DNA from: Octopus vulgaris
Lineage: Eukaryota
DNA length: 64,000 nucleotides
Assembly: GCA_951406725.2 (NCBI GenBank)
Contig: OX597816.1
Location: 29,822,001-29,886,000 of the forward strand
Direction of reading: 5' to 3'
Shown: in pieces, positions 1 to 14,053 of the stretch
How positions within the stretch are numbered: position 1 is the first letter of the stretch
How the letters are laid out: every line of letters starts with the position of its first letter
Position numbers and translations under genes: made by a program
The notes under the pieces: generated by a model
Database searches by the model: none
The model's input: only the letters and a program-made list of their open reading frames with translations
What the model was told of the DNA's origin: nothing

Positions 1-596
1 GAATTCAAATTATTACATTATATAAAAGGGCTTAGTAAAATAAATTACTATATATATATATCATAAACCTAATTAAAACATAAACTTTAGTAGAAAAATC
101 TGGTGATTTTGAATGTGATATTACAAAAAGATCAGATATTTTATACCAAAGCTTGCGTGGGTCTTGAAGTTGATGCTTATATTGTAGGAAATTCAATTAA
201 AGTACATTTTTTTAACTCATAAAAATGATCAAACGTCGATGTGTTTGAAGTAGAGATAACTTTTCTATGCGTTGATAAGATCGCAATTATCAAAGCCTAA
301 CATTCTGTTAGTGGCACTGTAATCGATACGAGAAAATTGTTATTTTTAATATCTTCATTAACATAAAGGCAGACACGGTCCGACAAAGTGGGGAATACGA
401 TAACATCTTAAATTCTGCTACAAAAATGCTATTAAGTTACGAGCAAATTTTTTTTTCTTTACATTGTTTAGCTTCAATTCATCGAATAGATGATTAGCAT
501 TCATTCAGATTACCATACCTTTAAAGATGTTTTGGCAGAATCACACACACACATACATACATACATTCATACATACATACCTAAATGTATATATAC

Positions 597-627
<31 letters not shown>

Positions 628-957
628 AATATATATATATACATACATACATATATATAAATATACATATATATATATATACATACATAGATACATATAT
701 AAATCGAAAATAAACAGTCAACAAAAATCAATGGGAGGTACACAGTAAATGTATTAGGTTGTCGCTCAATTTCGGATGGAGAAAAAGAGGGTATGTGTGA
801 CGTTTCGGACATAATGTTTCGTCAAAATGAGGGAAGACGAAGGGTTCGGAGTGAAGGACAAAATAGCCCAAGAAAAGCACGTGTGTAGTTGCATGACTGA
901 TGCGGCATGTGTACAAGGATGACACGCAAATTCATGAAGCGTTCCATATTTTTCGAA

Positions 958-1357
958 GGTGCAGGCATGGCTGCGTTGTAAGAAGCTTGCTTCCCATCTA
1001 CACGTTTCTGGACTCATTCTCACCGCATGGTACCTTGGGCAAGTATCTTCTATTAAAGCTTCGGGCTAGTCAAAGCTCTGTGGGTGGCTTTGTATGACGG
1101 AAACTGAAAGAAAAGTGCATATGTGTGTATGTGTGTGTGTGTGTTTGTCTTTGTGTCTGTGTTTATCCCTTCCCCATCGCTTGACAACCTCTGTTGGTGT
1201 GTTTACGTTCATGTAACTTAGTGTTTCGGCAAGAGAGCACGATAAAATAAGTACTAAACCTAAAATTGTTAGTCCTGGGGATAATCTGCCCGACTAAAAT
1301 CCCTTAAGTCGGTGTCCCAGCATGGCTGCTGTCAAATGACTGAAACAAGTAAAAGAT
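958..1357 (+). mobile_element. tRNA-derived SINE (family A, CORE-like domain), diverged copy
   Basis: tRNA-like head, CCTTGGGCAAGT CORE-like motif, internal (TG)n, tail CAAATGACTGAAACAAGTAAAAGA shared with 7805-8223. Confidence 0.85.
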
Positions 1358-1499
1358 ATGTGTGTGTATACAAACATACCCGCATACATACATGCACAAT
1401 ACATACATACATGCAGTAAAGAGATGAGATCCCAAGATTCCCGATATAGGAGGCACTTACTAACGCTCAAATGATTTGAAGTTGCGCTCCGAAACCTTT

Positions 1500-2150
1500 G
1501 CCGATACTGCCGTACTCTATAAATGTTTATTACCCAAGTTTATGCTTCTGTATCGGTAGATGATACTGTGATGACATATTTGAACAACTGTTTATGGTTG
1601 GTATCATCGGTGTTAACTTTACAAAGATTGCAACGGTTATCACATTTTGGACACTTTGGTGTTTTTTCTGCGCTTCTATCCCTTTTGTGAATCAGTATTT
1701 GGTTGAGAGTTCCCGTTCCTGGATTGTGAACCCGTACCCTTCAAAGTGAGAGCTAGTAACCTGGCTGTCAGTCCTTGATAGATTGCTTTGATTATCAATG
1801 TTACTATCATCCCTGAGCTTTCTGTTAACATATCCATACTTGGTCTTCTGCTGATATCCGCTCATTCTTTCATATGATGATATGTTGCAGCTGTGTCGTG
1901 CGACGTCATTAATCATGTATTTAAGTTTATCAAGAATTTTGCTCGAGTAGCTGCTTTCAAAATCTCGTGATAATATCTGTTTCGTGTATGTCAACTTTAT
2001 CTAGGGATGCACTTCGACACTTGCCGGTAAAAAGATGTTAACGAAGGGGTATATGGCATTCAAAGTCAGTCTGGATTGATGATAAGCCTCTGCCTCCTAG
2101 ATATCGTCTTAGGCAGAGGCGGTCTCTATCACTGTTGATATGAAAATTGT
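1500..2150 (-). mobile_element. Degenerate RLE-type LINE (R4/Dong-like) fragment, thumb to zinc knuckle
   Basis: Minus-strand translation gives FHINSDRDRL..GGRGL, EGYGFTIQERELSTKY and DNRCNLCK..NH, homologous to segments of the 61688-63136 ORF; stops and frameshifts present. Confidence 0.75.
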
Positions 2151-2804
2151 TTTGTGCTGGTCGAATGTATGCATGTATATGCGTCCATGCAACTATTTGA
2201 TGAGTATTGGCAAAAGAAACTTCATGTGTTAAACAATGATACCATGGGGCAGTTAGTTCTTAGTTATGCACCATTTATATTTCTTATGCCCTTGCAAAAT
2301 CAATCAAGTAGACAAGGTGTTATCGATATCTTTCGATACGAGGTTCCTGAATGATTGAAAGTTGAATATGAATACAAGATTTAATGTATTTCATTAATAC
2401 AGGGATCAGAAAACACATACCTGTTAGATCCTGGTGTCGACTGATTTGACTATTCTCTCGAAATATAAAACCTTATTTCTGTTAGTTGTCATTTCGAAAA
2501 AGATTAGGGTCAGTGTGCATACGTGTTTGAGTGTATATCTATGAATGGATGTATGAATATATGTATGTTGTTGTAAATATAGATAGGCAGATAGATGAAT
2601 ATATAAATAAATACAGATATACATACAGAGATACATTTACCTGTATACGTACATTTAAGTACAAATGTATATGTGTGTGTGTGTGTGTGTGTACATATAT
2701 ATATATATATATAATCAGAAGCTTCAATACTGCACTTGAAACAATTCCACCTGACTCCATAGATTACAAGGTCAGACAAGACATCAGCTAGTCAACATGG
2801 AAAG

Positions 2805-4950
2805 ATGTTTAATGCACCAACAGAAAATAAAATAGCTGTGATTCTGGTTGGGCAAGAACATGACAAGTGTGACATTGTCCTCCACCTCAGAGACAGCACA
2901 CTGACAGACACAGTCCAACTACAAATGGAAGCTCACAAAAATACCACACTCACAGCATTCTTCAAGCTCTGTCAAGATGAGGAAATTGCTACAAGACTGC
3001 TATACAATGAAGTTCCACAATTCTGTACCTGTTACCAAAGCAAATGGAAAAGATGTGCACTTGGGACACACACACATCATCCGGGAATCAAGAAATCAGG
3101 CACACTTGGCAGAGTCTATGTCGTCCATCCCAACTACTCAGAGTGCTACTATCTAAGGCTTCTATTACACCATGTCAAGAGATCCACATCATTTACAGCA
3201 TTACGTACGGTTGATAACACAGTATGTCAAACATATTGCAAGGATTGCCGCACACTGAGATGCCACTCTGATAGAGGCGCAAATGTGCAAATCTCCTATG
3301 CAACTGAGAAATCTCTTCTCCATCAGGCTTGTGAACTGTGGATTGTCAAATCCAAATCAACTTTGGTACAAAACAAGGAAGGGCTTTCTGAAGACATTCT
3401 TCAAATAACTCAATATCAGTGTGACGGTGATGTCACGTTCAATGATGACATCTTCAATGAGGCATTAAGATTAATAGACCACAATGTTCAATCACTGGGT
3501 GGAAACAAACTTGAAATATGTTGTCTTCCAGCTCTTTTCAGAGATGTTCAACTCAGATTAGCACAAGAGCTAATCAGGAAAACATCATACAACATTAAAA
3601 TTTTGCAAGCAGTTGTCAATGAAAGGGAACCAATTCTGGTACAGGATCAAAAGGAGGTATACTGGCAAGTTCTTATATCTGTGGACAATAACACTGGTAG
3701 GGTCTTCCTCTTAGATGCTCCTGGAAGCACAGAAAGGCATCATTAATCAACCTGCTCCTTGCCAAGGTGAGACAGAAGAAGATTGCTCTGGTTGTTGCAT
3801 CCTCTGTAATTGCAGCCACACTCTCAAAAGGTGGGAGAACAGTGCTGCCACTGGACCTCATACAAAATGAATCTCCTTTATGAAACATATCCAAGAATAT
3901 AGCGTTAGCAAAGCTCCTTACAGATATCAAGCTCAATGTCTGGGATGATGCAACAATGTCCCATAAGACAGCCTTTGAAGCGCTTGATACAATGCTACAA
4001 AACTTCAGAAACGATAAGAAGATCATGGGTGGTGTCACCCTCCTCAATACTAGTGACTTCAGGCAAACGCTGACTGTCATTACCAGAGGAACAAGGTCAG
4101 ATGAGCTGAGTGTTTGCATCAAGTCTTCATATATCTGCCACATGTGAAGCAGCTTACTCGTGTTCACATTCATTGTGACCCGTTAGTCGCACAGTTCTCC
4201 AACAAGTTACTTGACATTGGAAAAGGAAAACTTCCACAAGATCCAGAAGATAGTCTGCCCCCACCTCCCATATGGCAATATGACTGCCTCCCTTGAAGAC
4301 CTGAAGAGCAAGGTGTTTCCGAACATTGCCACAAACTATAAAAGTCACAAGTAGCTATATGAAAGAACAATTCTGGCACCAAGGAATGATGCTGTAGATT
4401 AGCTGAATCTAAATTTGTTGTCTCAGCTTCTAGGACCCGAATGTTCATACAGATCTATTGACTGTGTCCCTGGTCAAGAACAAGCAACGCATTACTCAGT
4501 GGAATTCCTCAATTCACTTCAGCCACCAGGATTTTCACCACAAATTCTGATCATGAAAACAGGTGCTCCCATAATGCCATTAAGAAAACCTTGATTCACC
4601 CAGACTCTGCAATGGAACAAGGTTCGTTGTTAAATCAGCTATGCTCCATGTGTTGGAAGCAACAATAATTACGGGCAACACGAGAATGTAATCATTCCCA
4701 GGGTACTTCTCATCTCAAATGATCTCCCATTTCAGTTCAAGTAACTGCAGTTTCCTATCAAACTTAGCTTTGTAATTTCAATCAACAAAGCACAAGGTCA
4801 ATCTCCAAATGTGGTGGGACTTAACCTCCTTCAACCTTACTTCTCACACTGTCAGATGTATGCTGGATGTTCTAGAGTTGGAAATGAAAAGAACCTCTAC
4901 ATCATTCTCAGTGATAAACATGGCAAGACAAAACACAGTATATGAAGAAG
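2805..4950 (+). pseudogene. Helitron Rep/helicase remnant (Pif1-like SF1B helicase)
   Basis: GRVYVVHP..ECYYLRLLLHHV, degenerate Walker A FLLDAPGST, VVASSVIAATL..GGRT, WDDATMSHK, DFRQTL, RLCNGTR, INKAQGQS spread over several frames. Confidence 0.9.
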
Positions 4951-5435
4951 CACATACATGAATAGTAGGTCCATATCATGTACAGAAGTGTAAAACCATT
5001 TCACTTTTCGACAGACACGCGTGAATGTATATCTGTGTGTATAAAAGTCAGACAATAACAGAATATATTCCCTGCCTGTGTGTGTGTGTTTGTACTCTAC
5101 GCACGGCCTTTCATTGTTTATAATCTGTACTTGTTTGTTGGTTACGAAATAAGTTAGACAAACATGTATTTACTTTATATACAGATATGAGTTGAAAACT
5201 TTCTTTTCACATTTCATTTAATGTCTATGTTCCAGGCTGACATGGGTTGCAGAGTTACGTAGAAAGTTTGTATCTCAACTACTACCAGTTGTGGCCGTAG
5301 TTTATAGGCGGTCAGAAGATGGAAGGAAGACAATAAATAGAAGTGTATCTTTGGTGCTAAAATTCCATTATTCAATTAGTTAAGCAATAATAGCTTTACT
5401 CTTCTATTTCTTTTTTTTCCTCCATTTTCTGATCG

Positions 5436-5525
<90 letters not shown>

Positions 5526-5543
5526 GTGTCTCTCTCACTCTCA

Positions 5544-5586
<43 letters not shown>

Positions 5587-5834
5587 CATATATAGTCCCT
5601 GGTACACCGTTTACATTGTATAATAATAATATTATGTAATCTATCATGTAATCTTTTACTGCAGCATTAAATAAAGTTCTACCGAAGCAACTATCGCTAA
5701 TTTAATCCCCAACTCTGTTTAATTTTCTTATACTTACACCGCACCAAAGATACACCGGTGAGTCGGAACGTCGGTTATTAACTGGATTTGATATTTACGT
5801 AATTATGATATCGTATCAGCACCTGATATCTACA

Positions 5835-5878
<44 letters not shown>

Positions 5879-5914
5879 ATGCGTGCGTTTGTGTGTGTGT
5901 GAGCCCGCGCGCCT

Positions 5915-6700
5915 GTGTGTATTGAAAATAAAGAGAAAATGCACTGCAATCTTCCTGATATATATTTTCGAAGAATGACTCCAAGAACATACAATTATAG
6001 TGAACGACAGATATTATCCACTATTCCCAGTAGAGGATGGAGAACACAAAGCAGACAAGTAAAACAATACAGCACACGGGAAGAAAAAGTGTCGCCATAT
6101 GTCTCAGCTCAAAATCCTAGAAATAACGATGTCTATTATATTATTTTAAAGTTTTAACGGTTGTGAAAATGGATGCCAAGCTGTATCGGATTCTATATCT
6201 ACACAATTACAAAAAGTGACAAACAACTACAAACATTAAACAGAACAATAAGAGATGATCAATTACATTCAACAACAAAAGTACCATAAGTCAAGAAATG
6301 GGGATGTCGTAACTCTATAAATTATCTGAAATCATCCGGATTGTGAGATTTCCATTTTAAACACGGGCAAAATTTCGAAATATAGACTGGTTTTACCTGC
6401 GTCATCGGACTCCTAATACCTGTTTGTCCTATATATTTTTTTCCATCCTGGATGGAAAAAATATATTGGACAAACAAGTATTATGAAAACGCATGACATT
6501 ACATAAAGAGCCAATGTTATTTTGCATCCACAGCAGAACTCCCATTGAACATATTCGTACATGTGTTTGGAATCACCAGCAGTATAATTATTACTGTGTA
6601 TCAATTTCCTGACAGAATATCTGAACAACCGAAGATAGAAATGAAAAATGCATTTATTGAAAAATATCGACTGCGCTTAAATATGAAAACGAATTTATTT
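5915..6700 (+). mobile_element. Degenerate Penelope-like element 3' part (thumb and GIY-YIG)
   Basis: YYPLFPVEDG, PYVSAQNPRN, GFTC, KKYIGQTS, AFIEKYRLRLN match equivalent segments of the 30408-32249 element. Confidence 0.7.
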
Positions 6701-7048
6701 TCATTGTATTTGTATTCAATAACTTTTAATTAATTTCAATTGCATTAATGATTTATGACCACCTTTATACTTATTTATATTATTTATAGAAGGAAGTTAA
6801 TATCCATTAATTACCTCCCGGATGACTGTCGATAACGATCGCATCACCTACAACAGCTACTCAAAAAATCAAAAAATTATAACAGATGTGATAAATTCAT
6901 GGAGATCTTTAGAAAAAGTGAAGTTACTTGGTTACATAACGATTACACTTAATATAGAATATTTACCACCTCGAGAATTTCTGGATTTTTCAGTACACAC
7001 TCACACACGCACACACACATTTACATACACACACTCATATACACATAC

Positions 7049-7081
<33 letters not shown>

Positions 7082-7254
7082 TACACACACACAAATGCAC
7101 ACACATACACACAGACAAACACACAGGCACACATATACACACACATACACACACACACATACACACACACACTCAAATACACATATTGCATATATAAAAG
7201 TTAATGTATGCTTCACTTTGTAAGGTACAATTTTATATCTTGGAAGCAGTATAA

Positions 7255-7607
7255 AATGAACCCACATGGATCCGAGTTCAGTCCCACTGCTTGGCACTTT
7301 TATAGCCTCGGGCCAACCAAAGCCTTGTGAGTGGAATTGGTAGACAGAAACTGCACGCGTGTGTATACTTGTGTGTGTGCGTGTATGTGTATGTTTGTGT
7401 GCCTGTGTTTATTCCTCCAACATCGCTTGACAACCGATGTTGGAGTGTTTACGTCCTCGTACCTTAGCAGTTCGGCAAGAGAGACTGAAAGGAATAAGTA
7501 TTGGGCTTACAAAGAATAAGTCCTGAGGTCGATTGGTCGTCTAAAGGTGATGCTCCAGCATGGCCGCAGTCAAATGACTGAAACAAGTAAAAGAATAAAA
7601 GAAAAGA
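7255..7607 (+). mobile_element. SINE family A, 5'-degenerate copy
   Basis: Collinear with 7805-8223. Confidence 0.85.
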
Positions 7608-7804
7608 ACAGTAGTGCATTTTTCATATAGAAAGTCACACGCAATTTTCATGCTTCCTATTTTCTTAGACAAAACAAGCATTATTGTGTGCATGCAAGCG
7701 TGCAATTAATATTGAGAACTGTTACTAATTAGAAAACTAAGCAGTTCCAAAAATTATGTAAATCATAACAGTATTTTTTAGAAAATGTATATAAAAAATG
7801 TATA

Positions 7805-8223
7805 GGCGCAGGAGTGGCTCTGTGGTAAGTAGCTTGTTTACCAACCACATGGTTCCGGGTTCAGTCCCACTGCATGGCACCTTGGGCAAGTGTCTTCTAC
7901 TATAGCCTCGGGCCGACCCAAGCCTTGTGAGTGGATTTGGTAGACGGAAACTGAAAGAAGCCCGTCGTATATATGTATATATATATATATGTGTGTGTAT
8001 ATGTTAGTGTGTCCGTGTTTGTCCCCCCTAGCATTGCTTGACAACCGATGCTGGTGTGTTTATGCCACCGTTACTTAGCGGTTCGGCAAAAGAGACCGAT
8101 AGAATAAGTACTGGGCTTACAAAAGAATAAGTCCCGGGGTCGAGTTGCTCGATTAAAGGCGGTGCTCCAGCAGGGTCGCAGTCAAATGACCGAAACAAGT
8201 AAAAGAGTAAAGAGTAAAAGAGT
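7805..8223 (+). mobile_element. SINE family A, full length
   Basis: A-box TGGCTCTGTGG, B-box-like GGTTCAGTCC, CORE-like CCTTGGGCAAGT, GAGTAAA-type tail repeats. Confidence 0.9.
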
Positions 8224-8628
8224 ATACTCCTGAAAAATAAAAGACATGCAGAATAAAATTATGATTTATTTTCTTGATAAGTTTGGGGCGTTCACATTTT
8301 ATTTATGAAAATCAAATTGAACTACACTTGCGTCAGAAATTAATTAACACTTCCCAAATTTCTACATTAAATAGGTTAAATCAATTAACCTATGAGCTGT
8401 TCAAAACGTCTTACGCGATGAGAAAACTTAGTATGGTGTGATTTCGGTCCTTGCGAGGCGCTACCTATATCTATTAAACAAAGGAAGATTTGTCTGCATC
8501 CGCACTCCAATTTGTTGCACTGCTATGTCAACATCATAAGGCTGTAGACTCTCAAACTGCTCTGCAAACAAAGTTACGTCATCGTTCTGCGCAACAGTGA
8601 ACTCGCAACAAAGCAATAGTTCGAGATA

Positions 8629-8647
8629 TGGCCACTAGGTGACAGCA
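8629..8647 (+). promoter_or_regulatory. CTCF-like motif
   Basis: TGGCCACTAGGTGACAGCA closely resembles the CTCF core consensus and lies in apparently unique sequence. Confidence 0.3.
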
Positions 8648-8953
8648 CATACCTTGAGTGAAGAGCAAATCAAGGGTGCTAATTAATTTCTGACGGTAGT
8701 GTATGATGGTCATTACGTGGTTACAATTTTGGGAGAGTCATTTGTCTAGGCTACCTGGAATTTTGGGTATCTTATTAAAGCCTTCTCCCATTACAGTCAT
8801 TCTGGTTTCGGGATTTCTCTATCCAGCGTAGAAACACCTGTAAAGGATCATGGACACTGCCTTATCTTCTGGCCAAAAGATAAAATAAACCGAAGCCTTC
8901 CAAATTTATTTATCGCATACCTCGTTAATTCATGGGATTGTTTATATGTTAGA

Positions 8954-9348
8954 CTAGCAGTATCGCCCGGCGTTGCTCGGGTTTGTAAGGGAAATAACTA
9001 TATAAGCATTTTTAGAGATGTAAAGTATAATAGCCATCTCAATATGGCTAACCACAAAGGGAGGGGTGTTACTGTAACTTTTTACGTTCTGAGATTTAAT
9101 AATAAATTTTTAGAGAGTTACTTCCCTTATATATGCCAAAAATGCATTAAAAATGGGAAAAATTGATGGTAAATTTTTTTAAATCGTAGACTCATTGTAG
9201 AATCGCGCTAATACCCAGAAGGGCTCGATATGAATCACGACTATAAGATATCCGGTTTTGGTTAAACTGCACCGCAAAATGTGGGAGTAGTTAGGAATCT
9301 AAATCGTAGGAGACAGACAGCACACAACCTCACTTTTATATATAAAGA
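8954..9348 (-). mobile_element. Non-autonomous Helitron (395 bp)
   Basis: Minus strand reads A|TCTTTATATATAAAA ... hairpin CCCGAGCAACGCCGGG ... CTAG|T: canonical TC and CTAG ends, AT target, no TSD. Confidence 0.9.
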
Positions 9349-9499
9349 TATCGTCACAACAGGGTAAATTCATGTACTACTGCTGAGAATGTGCGTATGT
9401 GTAAACAGATGCGCGCACACATGCATACATGCATACATACATTACATATGTGTGTGTGAGTTTGTGTGTATATGCGTGAGTTATGTGTGTGTTTTCTTA

Positions 9500-9875
9500 G
9501 CTATCAAGACTTAAAGTAGCCTTTCTTCTTATAACTGTTCAATAACATTGAATATAATGAATGATTTCACAGCTATTGCCATCTGAAGCTGATATGAAAA
9601 CAACTACACACACAGGCACACACACACACACACATACGCGCATACACACGCACGCACATGCACACACACACACATATAGATACATACATAAATGCACATA
9701 GATATAAATATATATGCACACACAAACATATATACATGTGAGTGCTCTTGCACATATGCGCGTATATGTATTATACACATATATGCATATACATATGTAT
9801 GTATAAATAAGTATACGTATATATATATATATAGATACACATATATATATATATGTATGTATCTATATATATGTG

Positions 9876-9906
<31 letters not shown>

Positions 9907-9955
9907 GTATTCTATGTATATGTATATATATATGTATGTATGTATGTATATATAA

Positions 9956-10046
<91 letters not shown>

Positions 10047-10160
10047 TGTATGTATGTATACCGGTTTCCGATGGCAATGACTGCAAAATCTCTCATTATA
10101 TTCAACACCATCGGATATTTAAAAGAAGAAACAGACTCCGCTATTTTAAGCTACCTTGGA
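9500..10160. repeat. Old fold-back: diverged ~90-bp inverted arms around a CA/TA/TATG microsatellite spacer
   Basis: Reverse complement of 9500-9592 aligns with 10062-10160 (GATGGCAAT..TG..AAATC..TCATTATA..TTCAA..AAGAAGAAA). Confidence 0.7.
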
Positions 10161-10455
10161 GTCGAAGATCATTATATCGAAATTTGTCAATGCTTAATTA
10201 CATGCTTATTTCGTTCGACCTAATGAACTATACCATTAAGATCCGAATGCCGCTTGCTGATGTGTGCCCGTGTTCATTGAAATTATTAGGCGGCTAAAAA
10301 TCAATGTGAAATTTTCTGATCTTGCGCTATGATAATATACGCGAAGTTCCGGATTGGGGTGCTATAGCACCCCAATCGTTTTAGAAATTAGAACTTTTAC
10401 TTGAGTGGATTAGACCACAACCTTAGCAATCAAATGATATTTTAACATTTCTTAA

Positions 10456-10650
10456 AGCGACGAACTGGCAGAATCATTAGTACTCTAGACAAAATGTTTA
10501 GCGGCATCTTGTCCGTCTTTTTATTCTGAGTTCAAATTCTGCCGAGGTCGACTTTACCTTTCATAAAATAAGTACTAGATGATCACTTGGGTTGTGTATT
10601 CGATTTAATCTCTCATCCGAAAATGCTGGTCTTGTGCCAAGATTTTAAAC
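10456..10650 (+). mobile_element. SINE family B, diverged
   Basis: GCGACGAACTGGCAGAA head, GAGTTCAAATT B-box, GCCGAGGTCGACTTT core. Confidence 0.8.
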
Positions 10651-10996
10651 CGATGTTCTAACATTTCTTACTTTGCGAAAACAGCAAGAGAAATTCTACC
10701 TAGTTGCTGAACTAGCAAGAGATAGCAGCCAAGTCTTCTTAATATCACTCTCCGTTGCCTTTGGTAAGGACATGCCGCGTCAGATACTTTAATTCTAGAT
10801 TGCGTACGCTTATTTCTTCCTCTTCTATACACCAACGTGTGCACATCCTTCTCTATCTCTAAGTGTAAATAAATGCCCTAAATTGATTACATGCTTTTCA
10901 TATGCCGGTTCATCAAGATTTATATATGTCTAAACATTTGAAGCAATAATGCCAACAGCATCAACACAACAAAAAACAACTGCGACAGTAATAAAC

Positions 10997-11190
10997 TTTT
11001 CTATTTTTGGCACAAGATTTAAAACTTTGGGGAGAGGCGTTAAGTCAATTACATCGAAACCAGTGACCAGTGCTAATTATTTCATCGACTCCGAAAGGAT
11101 AAAAGACACAGTCGAACTCAGACGCACTGACGGACGAAACGTCACGAAGCATATTGCCTCGTGGGCTATCGATTCTGCCAGCTTGCCACC
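10997..11190 (-). mobile_element. SINE family B, diverged
   Basis: Reverse complement of family B head and CCTTTCGG..TCGA core. Confidence 0.7.
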
Positions 11191-11228
11191 TTAACTACTA
11201 CACTTATAATGGTTCTATTGTTAGTAAA

Positions 11229-11828
11229 AGCGGCGAGCTGGCAGAAACATTAGCACGCCGGGCGAAATGCGTAGCCGTATTTCGTCTGCGTTACGTTCTG
11301 AGTTCAAATTCCGCCGAGGTCAACTTTGCCTTTCATCATTTCGGGGTCGATAAATTAAGTACCAGTTACGCATTGGGGTCGGTATAATCGATTTAATCCG
11401 TGTGTCTGTCCTTGTTTGTCCCCACTGTGTTTATCCCCTTGTGGTTAGTAAAGAAATAGGTATTTCGTCTGCCGCTACATTCTGAGTTCAAATTCCGCCG
11501 AGGTCGACTTTGTCTTTCATCCTTTCGGGGTCGATTAAATAAGTACTAGTTACGCACTGGGGTCAATATAATCGACGTAATCCGTTTGTCTGTCCTTGTT
11601 TGTCCTCCCTGTGTTTAGCCCCTTGTGGGTAATAAAGAAATAGGTATTTCGTCTGTCTTTACGTTCTTAGTTCAAATTCCACCGAGGTCGACTTTGCCTT
11701 TCATCCTTTCGGGGTCGATAAATTAAGTACCAGTTACTCACTGGGGTCGATGTAATCGACTTAATCCCTTTGTCAGTCCTTGTTTGTCCCCTCTATGTTG
11801 AGCCTCTTGTGGGCAATAAAGAAATAAG
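11229..11828 (+). mobile_element. SINE family B tandem trimer
   Basis: One head followed by three ~183-bp units, each restarting at GTATTTCGTCTG; imperfect TSD ATAAT(G/T)GTTCTAT. Confidence 0.9.
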
Positions 11829-11844
11829 TAATAATTGTTCTATG

Positions 11845-12027
11845 TTTTAGCTCTAGGCCAGTAATTTTGGTGGAGGGTATGCGTCGATTACATCGACCCC
11901 AATTTTCAACTGGTACTTATTTTTTCGACCTTGAAAGGATGAAAAGTAAAGTTGACCTCGGAGGAATTTGTACTCAGATCGTAAAGACGAACGAAAACGC
12001 TGCTAAGCATTTTTGCCCAGCATGCTT
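11845..12027 (-). mobile_element. SINE family B
   Basis: GAAAGGATGAAAAGTAAAGTTGACCTCGG is the reverse complement of the core. Confidence 0.8.
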
Positions 12028-12506
12028 ACTAAAACACCAATAATGAAGACAACATTTTTGCAGTGATATTTATATCAATAAAATGACTGATGAATTTTAA
12101 TCAATTTACAAATATGGTAGCTTTTGTTCGTTTCGTTCAACGTCTTTTCAGCCCTTGTCAAACATACTTGTGACAAAATCCGTTCCGGTCGTGACCATAT
12201 ATGTTTTATATATATGTATTGTATACGACGAACCATATTTCCAATCTGCCTTACTTTAACACAATAAATAATAGTATTGACCACATTTATTTGTTATTGC
12301 TAGTCCGTTCAGCAATTTCTGTATATTACAGGTGAAACACTGCCCCTTACAGAACACATATTCATGCCGGCAAAGTCTTTAAAAGTCAGTTTTGAAGAAC
12401 AGTTTAATCCTGAATACCACCAGTAACACACCTATGAATATATATAAAATTAAGACAAAGAAATGTATCTTACTTTTACTCAATGCATATACTACCGTTT
12501 AGGTTC

Positions 12507-12646
12507 TTATGAACTTGAATTGTTTGGCTTTCCACCACTTGCAGTAGAGGCTATTTGTATGGTTGGTGGTTTGTGTGTAGTGGTAACCTCAAGTTTTGCA
12601 AAGCTTAGAAGCGAATTTTGCAAATTGAGTTCAGAATGTTTTTTTA
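12507..12646 (-). CDS. Putative last coding exon of an uncharacterised host gene
   Basis: Acceptor ctctcttatag|, phase-1 open frame KKHSELNLQNSLLSFAKLEV...NNSSS then TAA; phase matches exon 14656-14831; AATAAA about 220 nt downstream. Confidence 0.5.
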
Positions 12647-13201
12647 CTATAAGAGAGTAAAGAATATTAAGTAGAAGAAAGAGAGATAGTAATTAGCGAC
12701 AGACTGGACAAATGTTAATTTTTTCTTTCCTTTTATTATTATTATTTTTTTTTTTGAAAGTCAAGAATTTTCAAGAATATTTGAAGAGTTACCGTAAAAT
12801 AATCATTTAAATATGAGCATCTATGTGAATTAAATCTAAATACAGAAACTATTACGAAAAAGATTATTCTTAAGAGGGACTACATGGACAATCGATCTAC
12901 TAGAAACAGCAGTCACATATCCTCATTTCATATCACACTGTTTTAAAATGTAAAATCCGTGAGGAATAGTAATCTGAACGTTGCTTTCCCTTCAGCAGTG
13001 TAATTTTTAACAAAAAAAAGGAAAACGCTGTTTTCCCCAATTATCTCTTTATCAATAGCCGAAAATTCAACTTTACTTGTTTACAGAATCAAGTCATAAC
13101 TAAATTACAAAGAAAATTCTAAATTTGTTGGAACATTGAAACTTTGCTAAATGTCAAAAGGCCTCATATAATTAGATGTTAAGATAATTTTTCTGACTTT
13201 T

Positions 13202-13843
<642 letters not shown>

Positions 13844-14053
13844 TATATATTGTATACCACTCTGGGTCCGAACTAGATATTTATTTTGGGATATGCACAT
13901 AGTACCAGACTACATTTTATCTAAAATTTTACTTAATAGAACGATTTCAACTAGAGCAGTATACAGTACCGGACTTAGTGCAGTGTGTGTTTATATGAGC
14001 ATCCAGAAATAAGTCACCTGATGATGTTCAGGTGTAAATATTGTAAATATTTC

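Noticed and set aside
2805-3746. Host PIF1 helicase gene
   Set aside because: Intronless, frameshifted, and includes the Helitron-specific region upstream of the helicase; it is a transposon remnant.
7805-7870. tRNA genes at SINE heads (also 19404, 56463, 11229)
   Set aside because: No complete cloverleaf; each continues into a repeated SINE body.
11229-11828. CRISPR-like array
   Set aside because: Eukaryotic context; ~183-bp SINE units without unique spacers or cas genes.
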